In this document: piece by piece, positions 8,569 to 17,536 of the stretch
Layout of the letters: each line of letters starts with the position of its first letter
How positions within the stretch are numbered: position 1 is the stretch's first letter
DNA from: an uncultured Gemmatimonadales bacterium
GTDB lineage: Bacteria > Gemmatimonadota > Gemmatimonadetes > Gemmatimonadales > GWC2-71-9
NCBI GenBank assembly: GCA_963773095.1
Contig: CAVYZY010000008.1
Span: forward strand, 266,589-330,588
Length of the DNA stretch: 64,000 nucleotides
Direction of reading: 5' to 3'
Position numbers and translations under genes: made by a program
Notes under the pieces: model-generated
Told to the model about the DNA's origin: nothing
Databases searched by the model: none
Seen by the model: only the letters and a program-made list of their open reading frames with translations

Positions 8569-10810
8569 GCACGCTGCAGGGTGGTCACCGGTTCGATGCG
8601 CTGGTGGTGGGCACGGCCAACCGCACCGCGGTGACGGCCGGCCGCGCGGTGGCGAGCGCGCCGGGGTCGGCCTACAACCCGCTGCTCATCTACGCGCGCC
8701 CTGGCATGGGCAAGACGCACCTGCTGGGCGCGATCGCGCACCAGGTGCTGGTGGTGAACCCGTCGGCACGCATCGAGTTCCTGACGCTGGACGAGTTCAT
8801 CGAGGGATTCCACGCGGCGCTTGCCGTGGGCCGGAGCGACGAGTATCGCGCCCGGTTCGGGGCCGCCGACCTGCTGCTGCTGGACGACATCCAGTTCCTG
8901 AGCCGGCAGCGGGAGATGCAGGCGGAACTGCTGCGGGTGATCGACGTGATGCTCGGGGGGGAAAGCAGGTGGTGCTCACCAGCGACCGCGCGCCGGCCGA
9001 GATCGAGTCGCTCGACGACCGCCTGCTCACGCGCTTCGCCGGCGGGCTGGTGCTCGACATCGCGCAGCCCGACTACGAGACCCAGGTCGCGATCCTGTAC
9101 CGAAAGGCCGAGGAGCGCGGCGCGAGCTTCCCGGAGGGCGTGCTGGAGGCGGTGGCCTCGCTCGGCATCGAAAGCGTGCGCGAACTGGTGGGCGCGCTCA
9201 ACCGGCTGGTGGCGTTCCAGGCGGTGAGCGAGGCGCCGCTCGACGCGGCGCAAGCGCGGCTGCTGATCGGCGGGCCGCAGCCGGCGGTGGCGGCCGACGA
9301 GCTCGTGCTGGACCAGGCCGAGTCGCTCGAGTTCGCAGTGGCGGGCCATGCGGAGGTGGCCCACGCAGGCGGCGAATCCCGCCGGGTGCTGGCCGACGCG
9401 CTTCCCGGCGTGATGCTCGGGCAGTCGGACATGCTGGGCGGCCCCGCCGACGAGCTGCCGTCGCGCGACGGCGCCGGGCACGACGGCAGCCCGCAGGACT
9501 TCGGGATGCCGGGTGAGGCGCACGAGTACAGCGACGCGCACGAGTTCACGGCACCGCGCGACGCGGGCGCGCCGCCGGACAAGCTGGGGGAGAGCCTGGC
9601 GGACAAGCCGGCGCTGCAGGCCGATCGCGACGAGTTCGGCGACTTCCTGTCCGACCTCGCGGCGACGCTCGCGCGGCAGGTGGATCCGTGGCGGGCGCGG
9701 GTAGGCGAGGCCATCCTGCGCTGGGAGGGCGAGGGCTTCCGCACGTATCGCCTGGAGCGGCTGCTGGAGGATCCCGAGCCGCCCGATCCCGAGTCGGTGA
9801 TGATCCAGTACGAGGCCGACGCGGAGCAGCTGCTGGAGCTGCGCATGGAAGCGGAGTCGCTCGCCCCCGAGATGGCGGGTGCGGCGCAGCTCACCGATCC
9901 CGGCAACATGGCCGCGGCGGAAGCCTACATGCAGCGCGTGCGCGAGGGTGCCGTCCCGCCGCCGGGGCCGGTCGAGCACTGGCTGCTCGACGACCTGATC
10001 GAGGGGCCGGGGAACCGCATGGCGGTGCGCGCGGCGCTCGCGGCGATTGCCGAGCCGGGGCAGAAGTACAACCCGATCGTGGTGGTGGGCGGTTCGGGCG
10101 TGGGCAAGACCCACCTGCTGCACGGCATCGGGAACGCGCTGGCGCTGGCGAGAGACGGGCATGTGGCCTGCCTCAGCGCGCACGACTTCACCCAGGAACT
10201 GATCGACGCGATCGATCGCGACGGCGTTACGGCATGGCGCAACCGCTACCGGCGCTGCACGGCGCTGCTGCTCGACGACGTGCACCTGATCGCCGGGAAG
10301 GAGCGCACGCAGGAGGAGCTGTTCCTCCTGTTCAACCTCTTCCTCGAGTCGAACCGGCAGCTTGGGTTTGCCTCGGCGGTGCCACTGGCGGAGCTGTCGG
10401 GCGTGGAGCCGCGGCTGCTGACGCGGCTCGAGGGCGGGCTGGTGGTGGAATTGCCGCCACCCGACCGGGAGCTGCGCCAGCAACTGGTGGAACGGATCCT
10501 CACGGCGCGGGGCCAGGAGGCGGACGCGGAACTGGTGACCTACATCGCGTCGCGCCCGGCGGAGTCGGCGCGCGCGGTGCAGGGCTACGTGCAGCGGGTG
10601 CTCCACTCCGCCGACTCGCAGCAGACCAGGCCCAGCGCGGCCCTCGCGCGCGAAGTACTGGAGGGCGGCGCGCGTGTCGTGCGGAAGAGCACCGGCGCCG
10701 GTCGCTCGATCAGCGTGTCAGCAGCGTCGTCGGGCGGCGTGAAGAGCCGGGAGAAGACGGTGTGGTCGTGGCCCACGCTGTCGGACCGCGTCATCGAGGA
10801 GTGGCGATAG
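8565..10810 (+). CDS. Tandem DnaA/Hda-like AAA+ ATPase without DnaA domain IV; apparent -1 frameshift at G7 run 8955-8961
   Basis: Module 1: YNPLLIYARPGMGKTHLL (Walker A), LLLLDDIQFL (Walker B), then across the frameshift GKQVVLTSDRAPAEIESLDDRLLTRFAGGLVLDI (sensor 1/box VII), SVRELVGALNRL (box VIII). Acidic ~270-aa linker. Module 2: YNPIVVVGGSGVGKTHLL, ALLLDDVHLI, RLLTRLEGGLVVEL. No HTH domain IV. Track ORFs 8565-9227 and 8969-10810 are the two frames. Total length 2246 nt fits one -1 shift. Confidence 0.8.
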
Positions 10811-12429
10811 TGGCGATCAAGGGATCCCTCAAGGAAGCGAGCCTTCCCGACGTCATCCAGCTGCTCTACCTGGGGCGGCGGACCGGGTGCCTGGCGATCA
10901 CCGACCGCCAGAACCTGGGCTACATCTACTTCGATGACGGGAAGATCGCGTACGCCTCGATCGTGAACCGGCGCGACCGGCTGGGCGACATGCTGGTGCG
11001 CAACGGCCGGATCAACGCGGACCAGCTGCGCCGGGCGGTGGACCAGCAGGCGAGCGACCGCGAGGTGCGCCTGGGCGAGATCCTGCTGGGTCAGGGCGCG
11101 CTCACGCGGCAGGAACTCGACGACTACATGCGCCTCCAGATCGAGGAGGCGGTCTACTACCTGTTCACGTGGACCACGGGCGCCTTCAACTTCGAGGCGG
11201 GTGTCCGTCCCGATCCGCGCGACTTCCAGGTGCAGATCAACCCCGAGTGGCTGCTGCTCGAGGGCGCTCGCCGCGTGGACGAGTGGAGCCTGATCGAGAA
11301 GAAGATCCCCAGTTTCGACCTCATCTTCACGGCCGACCAGGCGCGGGTGGAGGCGGCGGGAGCGCCGCTGTCGGAGCAGGAGCAGTTGATCCTGCCGCTG
11401 CTCGATGGCCGGCGCGACGTGCAGCAGGTCGTGGACGAATCGGGCCTGGTGGAGTTCCTGGTGGGCCAGGCGCTCTACGGCCTGATCACGGCGGGCTACG
11501 CGCATCGTACCGGCTCCTCGGCGACGACCATCTCCCCGCGGGTCAACGACGCGCGAGTGGAGGAGCACCGCAACCTGGGCGTCGCGTTCTACCGCACCGG
11601 GATGCTGGACGAAGCGCTGCGGGAGTTCCGCCGGGTGGCGGACCTGCGCCCCACCGAGGGGAGCGCGCCGTTCTACCTCGGGCTCATTGCGCTGCGGCAG
11701 GGCAAGTGGGAGGAAGGGGTGGAGGCGTTCAAGCTCGCCGTGGAGAAGGGCGGGCCGCGTCCGGCCGCGCTGCACAACCTCGGGTTCGCCCTGGAGCAGC
11801 TCGGCCGGCTCGAGGAGTCGGAGGCGGCGTATGGCGACGCCACGAGCCGCGCGCGGGACGACCACCGCATCATGCTTGGCTGGGCGATCGCGGCGCTGCA
11901 GCGCGGCGAGCACCAGGTGGCGGTGAGCCGGCTCGAGCGCACCCGCGAACTACTGGGCGACAAGACGCCGCCGGCGGCGTGGCACTGGGCGATGGCGCTG
12001 GCGCAGGCGGCGAGCGACGACTTCGAGGCGGCGCTGGAGACGGCGCGCGCCGGTGTCACCGCGTACCCGGAGCAGGCGGTGCTGGGCAACAACCTGGCGG
12101 TGCTGCTGGAGCTCCGGGGCGACACGGCCGGGGCGGAGCAGATGCTGAAGCAGGCGTTCGCGGCCGATCCGGCGCTGCCGCAGGTGTCGAAGAACACCGG
12201 CGACCTGCTCTATCGCGCGGGACGGTACGACGAGGCCTTCGAGGCGTACGAGCGCGCGGCGCGCGTGGCGCCGGCGCTGGGCGATGACCTCTACTTCAAG
12301 CTGGGCAACATCGCATACAAGCGGCGGGACACGGCGCGGGCGCGGGCGAGCTGGGAGCATGCGACGGAACTCAACCCGAGCCACCAGCTGGCACGGGCCA
12401 ACCTCGACATGCTGGCGGCCGAGGCATGA
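10810..12429 (+). CDS. PATAN/DUF4388 domain protein with helical insert and C-terminal TPR (second copy)
   Basis: VAIKGSLKEASLPDVIQLLYLGRRTGCLAITD...GYIYFDDGKIAYAS parallels the N-terminus of the 5203 gene. RLGDMLVRNGRINADQL / RLGEILLGQGALTRQEL helices; TPRs from NLGVAFYRTGMLDEALREFRRVADLRP onward. GTG 10810 (or GTG 10801) is in frame with track ORF 9688-12429. Confidence 0.8.
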   Translation: MAIKGSLKEASLPDVIQLLYLGRRTGCLAITDRQNLGYIYFDDGKIAYASIVNRRDRLGDMLVRNGRINADQLRRAVDQQASDREVRLGEILLGQGALTRQELDDYMRLQIEEAVYYLFTWTTGAFNFEAGVRPDPRDFQVQINPEWLLLEGARRVDEWSLIEKKIPSFDLIFTADQARVEAAGAPLSEQEQLILPLLDGRRDVQQVVDESGLVEFLVGQALYGLITAGYAHRTGSSATTISPRVNDARVEEHRNLGVAFYRTGMLDEALREFRRVADLRPTEGSAPFYLGLIALRQGKWEEGVEAFKLAVEKGGPRPAALHNLGFALEQLGRLEESEAAYGDATSRARDDHRIMLGWAIAALQRGEHQVAVSRLERTRELLGDKTPPAAWHWAMALAQAASDDFEAALETARAGVTAYPEQAVLGNNLAVLLELRGDTAGAEQMLKQAFAADPALPQVSKNTGDLLYRAGRYDEAFEAYERAARVAPALGDDLYFKLGNIAYKRRDTARARASWEHATELNPSHQLARANLDMLAAEA

Positions 12430-13244
12430 AGGCGCCCGAGGATGCGGAGTTCGACGCACTGGCCAGGGACCTGACGGTGCGCACTGGCGTGTCGCTGGCG
12501 TCCTACAAGCCGAAGTGCCTGCGCCGCCGGATCGCGGTGCGAATGCGCGCCTGCGGGGTGCACACGTACGACGAGTATCGCGGCGTACTGGCGAACACCC
12601 CCGAAGAAGTGGAGCGGCTGCACGACGCCCTCACGATCAACGTCACCCGCTTCTTCCGGAACCCGGAAACGTGGGAAGCGGTGAAGTCGAACGTGCTGCC
12701 GGGCCTGCTGGCGAAGAACGCGCCGGTGCGCGCGTGGAGCGCGGGCTGTTCCTCGGGGGAGGAGGCGCACACGCTGGCCATGCTCTGGGCCGACGCGGCG
12801 GAACGGGCCGGTCACCCGGAGTGGCTGGACCGCTTCAGCGTGGAAGCGACGGACATCGACCGCGAGTGCATGCTGCGGGCCCGGGCGGGACAGTACCGCA
12901 CCGAAGCGTTCGTGGAGACGCCGTCGCGGCTGGTGGAGCGATGGACGCGCCCCGAGGGCGAGGGCCGCATCGTCGACGCGCGGCTGCGCGCGCGGATCGC
13001 CGTGTCGACGCTCGACCTGACGCGCGACGCGCTCCCGGTGCGGCGGTTCGACCTCGTGGTGTGCCGCAACGTGGTGATCTACTTCGACCGGGTGACGCAG
13101 GAGCGACTGTTCGTCGGGTTTCACGACGCACTGGTGCCAGGCGGCTTCCTGATCCTCGGCAAGGTTGAAACCCTGGTCGGCCCGGCGCGCGACCTGCTGG
13201 CGCTCGTGGATGTCCGCGAGCGCATCTATCGGAGGCCGGTGTGA
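12426..13244 (+). CDS. cheR: Chemotaxis protein methyltransferase CheR
   Basis: LRRRIAVRMRACGVHTYDEYRGVL, TINVTRFFRNPETWE, VRAWSAGCSSGEEAHTLAM (SAM-binding) are typical CheR blocks. ATGA overlap upstream. Confidence 0.9.
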   Translation: MKAPEDAEFDALARDLTVRTGVSLASYKPKCLRRRIAVRMRACGVHTYDEYRGVLANTPEEVERLHDALTINVTRFFRNPETWEAVKSNVLPGLLAKNAPVRAWSAGCSSGEEAHTLAMLWADAAERAGHPEWLDRFSVEATDIDRECMLRARAGQYRTEAFVETPSRLVERWTRPEGEGRIVDARLRARIAVSTLDLTRDALPVRRFDLVVCRNVVIYFDRVTQERLFVGFHDALVPGGFLILGKVETLVGPARDLLALVDVRERIYRRPV

Positions 13245-13729
13245 GCGCACGGGAGATAGTCGTGCGGGTGTCGGACATGGCCGTGGCGACGGCGGACGAG
13301 GTGCTCGTCACCGTGGGGCTCGGCAGCTGCGTCGCGATCATGCTCTACGATCCGGAGGCGAGGATCGGCGGGCTCGCGCACATCCTGCTGCCCTCGAAGG
13401 CGCTCACCCGGCAGGCGGAGAACCCGGCCAAGTTCCCGCAATCGGCGGTGCCGGCGCTGCTGGAGCGGATGGTGGCGGTGGGCGCGAGCCCGCGGCGGAT
13501 CACGGCGCGGCTGGCGGGCGGGGCGAGCATGTTCTCGCAGCTGGCGCCGCCGGGCACGATCCAGATGGGCGAGCGCAACCTCGTGGCCACGCGCCAGGCG
13601 CTGAGCGCGCAGAACGTGCCGCTCACCGGCGAGGCGGTAGGGGGCGACTTCGGCCGCACGGTGCGGCTGCACTGCAAGGACGGCCGGATCGACGTGTCAT
13701 CGGTCGCGCACGGTGTCCAGCACCTCTGA
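13241..13729 (+). CDS. cheD: Chemoreceptor glutamine deamidase CheD
   Basis: [30 protein letters not shown] is the CheD signature with catalytic Cys/His. GTGA overlap with cheR. Confidence 0.9.
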   Translation: MSAREIVVRVSDMAVATADEVLVTVGLGSCVAIMLYDPEARIGGLAHILLPSKALTRQAENPAKFPQSAVPALLERMVAVGASPRRITARLAGGASMFSQLAPPGTIQMGERNLVATRQALSAQNVPLTGEAVGGDFGRTVRLHCKDGRIDVSSVAHGVQHL

Positions 13730-14786
13730 GCGACGGTCGGTCCTGATCGCCGACGACAGCCCGTTCTTCCGCCGCCTGCTTTCCGACATCCTGGAGCGCA
13801 GCGGGGAGTTCACCGTGGTGGGCACGGCACGCAACGGCATGGACGCGGTGCAGAAGGTGCACCGGCTGCAGCCCGACCTGGTGCTGATGGACCTGGAGAT
13901 GCCCGAGCTCGATGGGCTGGGCGCCATCGGGTACATCATGTCGGAGGCACCGCGGCCGATCGTGGTGGTGTCGAGCTACGCGGGGCCGGGCACGTCGGCG
14001 GCGATCCGCTCGCTGGAGCTGGGCGCGGTGGAAATCGTGGCGAAGGAGTCGGGCCGCGATGCCGCCGACCTGCAGCGGTTCGGCGAGCGGCTGCTGGAAA
14101 CGCTGCGGCTCTCCGCCGGTGCGGAACTGTTCCGGCTGCCGATCCTGGCGCGGCCGGCCCAGGGGATGCCGCCGGCGGCACTGTTCTCGCTGCCGGGGCG
14201 CGCGCGCGGCTGCGTCGCGATCGCGGCATCGACCGGCGGCCCGCGCGCGCTCGCGGAGGTGGTGCCGAAGCTGTCACCCGGACTCGGGGCGGGCGTCGTG
14301 ATCGTGCAGCACATGCCGCCCGGGTTCACCCGGAGCCTGGCCGAGCGGCTGGCGGGCCAGAGCCGGTTGCGGGTCGTGGAAGCGGAGCACGGGACACCGT
14401 TCCTCGAGGACACGGCGTACGTGGCGCCGGGAGACTGGCACATGCGCGTGGCGGCGGGACCGGAAGGGGTGCACCTCCTGCTCGATCGCGAACCCACGAT
14501 GTGGGGTGTGCGACCGGCGGCCGACCCGCTCTTCCGCTCGGTGGCCGAGGTGTTCGGCGCGCAGGCAGTGGGGGTGGTGCTCACCGGGCTCGGGCGCGAC
14601 GGGGCGGACGGACTGCGGCGCATCCACGAGGCGGGTGGCATCGGCATCGCGCAGGATCACGCCAGCGCCACGATCGACGGCATGCCCGCGGCGGCGCGGG
14701 CGGCGGGCGGTGCCGATCACGTGCTGTCGGTGACGCAGGTGGCGGGGCAGGTGGATGCGGAGATCCGCCGCATGCGCCTGCTGTGA
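13713..14786 (+). CDS. cheB: Chemotaxis response regulator / protein-glutamate methylesterase CheB
   Basis: Receiver domain [14 protein letters not shown]...[14 protein letters not shown] plus methylesterase domain ([29 protein letters not shown]). Confidence 0.92.
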   Translation: MSSTSERRSVLIADDSPFFRRLLSDILERSGEFTVVGTARNGMDAVQKVHRLQPDLVLMDLEMPELDGLGAIGYIMSEAPRPIVVVSSYAGPGTSAAIRSLELGAVEIVAKESGRDAADLQRFGERLLETLRLSAGAELFRLPILARPAQGMPPAALFSLPGRARGCVAIAASTGGPRALAEVVPKLSPGLGAGVVIVQHMPPGFTRSLAERLAGQSRLRVVEAEHGTPFLEDTAYVAPGDWHMRVAAGPEGVHLLLDREPTMWGVRPAADPLFRSVAEVFGAQAVGVVLTGLGRDGADGLRRIHEAGGIGIAQDHASATIDGMPAAARAAGGADHVLSVTQVAGQVDAEIRRMRLL

Positions 14787-15205
14787 GCGCCACGAGCGGG
14801 GCGTTCCTGCTGGTGCGGGCGGGCGGCCGAAGGGTCGGCCTCGCGGTGGAGGCGGTGATCGAGGTGCGCGAGCCCGACGAGCTGGGCACGATCCCGTCGC
14901 ACGAGCCGGCGCTGCGCGGCGTCACTGCGCTCCGGGGCCAGCTGATGCCGGTGCTCAACCTGGCGGCGCTGCTGGGCGGCGAGGCGGGGCCGGGACTGGT
15001 GGTGGTGGTCACCGATCTCGGCGGGCGCCGCGTGGGGCTCGAGGTGGATGACGCGGACATCGTCGTGGGCTCGGGTGTGTCACTGCTGCGCGCCGACGAA
15101 ACGCTCCCGTGGGCCCGCGCCATCGCGGTACTGCCCGACCAGGTATACGTGCCGCTGCTCGACCTGGGTGCCCTGTCAGCGCGGCTTACGGAGGTCAGCA
15201 CATGA
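14783..15205 (+). CDS. cheW: CheW-like coupling protein (short, divergent)
   Basis: [23 protein letters not shown]...[29 protein letters not shown] is the CheW pattern. GTG 14783 overlaps the cheB stop (GTGA). In frame with track ORF 14501-15205. Confidence 0.78.
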   Translation: MSATSGAFLLVRAGGRRVGLAVEAVIEVREPDELGTIPSHEPALRGVTALRGQLMPVLNLAALLGGEAGPGLVVVVTDLGGRRVGLEVDDADIVVGSGVSLLRADETLPWARAIAVLPDQVYVPLLDLGALSARLTEVST

Positions 15206-15669
15206 CACATGGAGACGACGTCCAGCTCGTCACCTTCCGGTGCGGTGGACACGACTTCGCGTTCGACATCCTGCAGTTGCAGCGGATCCTCCGCTACGAG
15301 GTGCCGTCGCCGCTGCCGGACGCGCCCGACTTCCTGGAGGGCGTGCTCTCCTACGAGGGCAGTGCCGTGCCGGTGGTGGACCTGCGCAAGCGCCTGGGGC
15401 TGCCGGCCACGGTGACGGAGGAGACGCGGGTGATGCTGCTCGAACTCGACGGGCACCGCGTGGGCGTCGTGGTGGATGCGGCGCGCGAACTGGTGCGGGT
15501 GGACAGCACTACGATCAGCGCGCCGCCGCCGATGGTCCGCGGGCTGGCGGCGCGGTACATCGCCGGCATCCTGGCGCGGCCCGAGCGCACCCTCGTCATC
15601 CTGAACGCCCAGCGGCTCCTGGCCGACGACGAACGGAACGTCCTGCACCACCTGGAGATCCCGACGTGA
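15202..15669 (+). CDS. cheW: CheW coupling protein
   Basis: LVTFRCGGHDFAFDILQLQRILRYE...LPDAPDFLEGVLSYEGSAVPVVDLRKRLGL. ATGA overlap with the previous gene. In frame with track ORF 15109-15669. Confidence 0.88.
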   Translation: MTHGDDVQLVTFRCGGHDFAFDILQLQRILRYEVPSPLPDAPDFLEGVLSYEGSAVPVVDLRKRLGLPATVTEETRVMLLELDGHRVGVVVDAARELVRVDSTTISAPPPMVRGLAARYIAGILARPERTLVILNAQRLLADDERNVLHHLEIPT

Positions 15670-16559
15670 GTGAACCGACCGGTTCCGGCCCCGATCCGTG
15701 GGTGACGGGCCTCCGCGCCACGCACGCCGACATCGCGCGGCGCCTGGATGCGGCCACCACCGCCATCGACCGGGACGTCCTGAAGCGGGAGATCATCTCG
15801 TTCTTCAAGCGGGTGGACGGGGCACTGACCGACCTGACGCGGCTCAAGGAAGAGATCCGCGTCCTGGTGAACCAGTACAAGCAGGTGGCCTCGACGGCCG
15901 ACTCGGCGCAGGCCCCGCAGTTCACCGGCGCCTTCCCGGTGGTGCAGGCCGATCACCTCGGCGCGTCGACGTATATCGAAAAGGGCTGGAGCCTGATCTC
16001 GCTCGGGGATCACGCCGGTGCGATCCAGGCGCTGCAGCGCGCGCTCCAACTGGCACCGGGCGACACCCAGGCGCAGTCGCTGCTGGGGTGGGCACAGATG
16101 CTCCACGAGGACTACGACGACGCGCTGAGCACCTTCTCGCGGGTGCTGATGAAGGAGCCGGCCAACTCGCTCGCCCGGATCAATGTGGGCTACATTTGCC
16201 TCAAGAAGGGGATCTTCGGCGAGGCGATCGAGCACCTGTCCAAGGCCATCCGGCTGGACAACGACCGCAAGGCCACGCTGTACGCGCACTTCTACCTCGG
16301 CCTCGTGTACCTCGAGCGGGAAATGTTCGAGGACGCGCAGTCCTTTTTCCGGAAGACGCTGCAGCTCGGACCCAACCTCATTGAGGCCTACTTCGAGCTG
16401 GGCCGCGCCCAATGGTTCGCCGGTGAACGGGAGCCGGCGGTGGCGACCTGGACGGAGGGGCAGAAGGCCAACCGGTTCAACCCGTGGTCAAAACGGTGCG
16501 GCGAGATGCTGGAGCGTGCGGCAGCGGGCGAGGAGATTCCGCGGGCGCTGGTTTCGTAG
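15666..16559 (+). CDS. TPR-repeat protein (last gene of the che/mglA operon)
   Basis: GTG 15666 overlaps the cheW stop (GTGA). N-terminal coiled region, then TPRs (GWSLISLGDHAGAIQALQRALQLAP, AHFYLGLVYLEREMFEDAQSFFRKTLQLGP). Followed by an inverted nonamer-array hairpin. Confidence 0.8.
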   Translation: MSEPTGSGPDPWVTGLRATHADIARRLDAATTAIDRDVLKREIISFFKRVDGALTDLTRLKEEIRVLVNQYKQVASTADSAQAPQFTGAFPVVQADHLGASTYIEKGWSLISLGDHAGAIQALQRALQLAPGDTQAQSLLGWAQMLHEDYDDALSTFSRVLMKEPANSLARINVGYICLKKGIFGEAIEHLSKAIRLDNDRKATLYAHFYLGLVYLEREMFEDAQSFFRKTLQLGPNLIEAYFELGRAQWFAGEREPAVATWTEGQKANRFNPWSKRCGEMLERAAAGEEIPRALVS

Positions 16560-17521
16560 CGAAGACGGGACGGCGGGGAAGGCGGGCCGCATTCGCCCTC
16601 CTGCTCTCGCTTGCCGTCCGTCACCTCCCCGGCCTCCCCGCCGTCCCCGCCCTCCTCGCCCAGGGCGACCTCGCCACGGTCCAGATTGGGAACGTCTCAG
16701 TCGTCGCGGCGCAGCCCGAGCTCAACGCCGCGATGGGGCTGGCGGAGTGGGCCGACCAGCCGGCCAGCTGGCCGGGCCTGGGCCGGCGGAGCCCGCCACC
16801 TTTCCGGCTCATCCTGGCGCACGATGCCGCCGGGCTTTCCCGGCTCACGGGGGGCCGCGCCCCGGCCTGGGGGGCGGGGATCACGCTGCCCGGGCTGCGC
16901 CTCGTGGCCCTCCGCGCCGACGCGGACCCTGCACATACGCTCCGCCACGAGCTTGCCCACCTGGTGCTGCACGACGCGGTACGCGTCCCGCTGCCACTCT
17001 GGTTCGAGGAGGGGTATGCAGTATACGCGGCGGGTGAGTGGGACCTGCTCGATGCGCTGAGTCTCAACTACGCCGTGGTCGGCGGGGCGACGCCGAGCCT
17101 CGATTCGCTCAACCGCGAGCTCCGGGGCCATCCGGCGGGGATCAGCACGGCGTACGCGCTCTCGGCGTCCGCAGTCCTGGAAATGGCGCGCCGGAATCCG
17201 AGCCGCAGCCTGACGCCACTGGTGGAGCTTCTCTCGGCCGGGATGGCCTTTGATTCCGCGCTGCATGCCACGACGGGCCTCAGCGCGGAGAACTTCGACG
17301 AGTCGTGGCAACGAGGCATTCGGAAGCGGTACAGCCTGTTCACCTGGCTGGCGGCCGGTGGGGCCTGGGCACTGCTCGCGCTGGCGCTGATGGCGGGGAC
17401 GTACTGGCGGCGCCGGGCCGACCGCAGGAGACGCTTGGCACTGGATGAAGGGTGGGAACTGCCGCCGGAGCCGGAAATGCAAGTGGCGCAGGCGCTTGAC
17501 CCGACTCCCTCCGGCGAGTAG
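16484..17521 (+). CDS. Peptidase-MA-like zinc metalloprotease-fold protein with C-terminal TM helix
   Basis: HELAHLVLHD (HExxH) followed by LWFEEGYAVYAAGEW, as in the Peptidase_MA_2 pattern. C-terminal LFTWLAAGGAWALLALALMAG. Start is uncertain: ATG 16484 or GTG 16496 overlap the upstream gene, and no in-frame start lies between there and the hydrophobic N-region. Confidence 0.6.
   Translation: MVKTVRRDAGACGSGRGDSAGAGFVAKTGRRGRRAAFALLLSLAVRHLPGLPAVPALLAQGDLATVQIGNVSVVAAQPELNAAMGLAEWADQPASWPGLGRRSPPPFRLILAHDAAGLSRLTGGRAPAWGAGITLPGLRLVALRADADPAHTLRHELAHLVLHDAVRVPLPLWFEEGYAVYAAGEWDLLDALSLNYAVVGGATPSLDSLNRELRGHPAGISTAYALSASAVLEMARRNPSRSLTPLVELLSAGMAFDSALHATTGLSAENFDESWQRGIRKRYSLFTWLAAGGAWALLALALMAGTYWRRRADRRRRLALDEGWELPPEPEMQVAQALDPTPSGE
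16564..16660. repeat. Inverted pair of nonamer arrays (G-rich 16564-16590, C-rich 16625-16660) forming a hairpin just after the operon's last stop
   Basis: GACGGGACG GCGGGGAAG GCGGGCCGC ... reverse complement of the downstream arm reads GCGAGGAGG GCGGGGACG GCGGGGAGG CCGGGGAGG. ACGGCGGGGA pairs perfectly with TCCCCGCCGT. Confidence 0.75.
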
Positions 17522-17536
17522 TCTCTTTAGCCTTAT

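Noticed and set aside
8955-8961. Programmed -1 ribosomal frameshifting at the G7 run.
   Set aside because: The zero-frame context C GGG GGG is not a proper X XXY YYZ heptamer, since P-site re-pairing would be CGG. I see no obvious stimulatory stem-loop immediately downstream. Homopolymer error or slipped-strand variation is the more economical explanation. It cannot be fully excluded without data.
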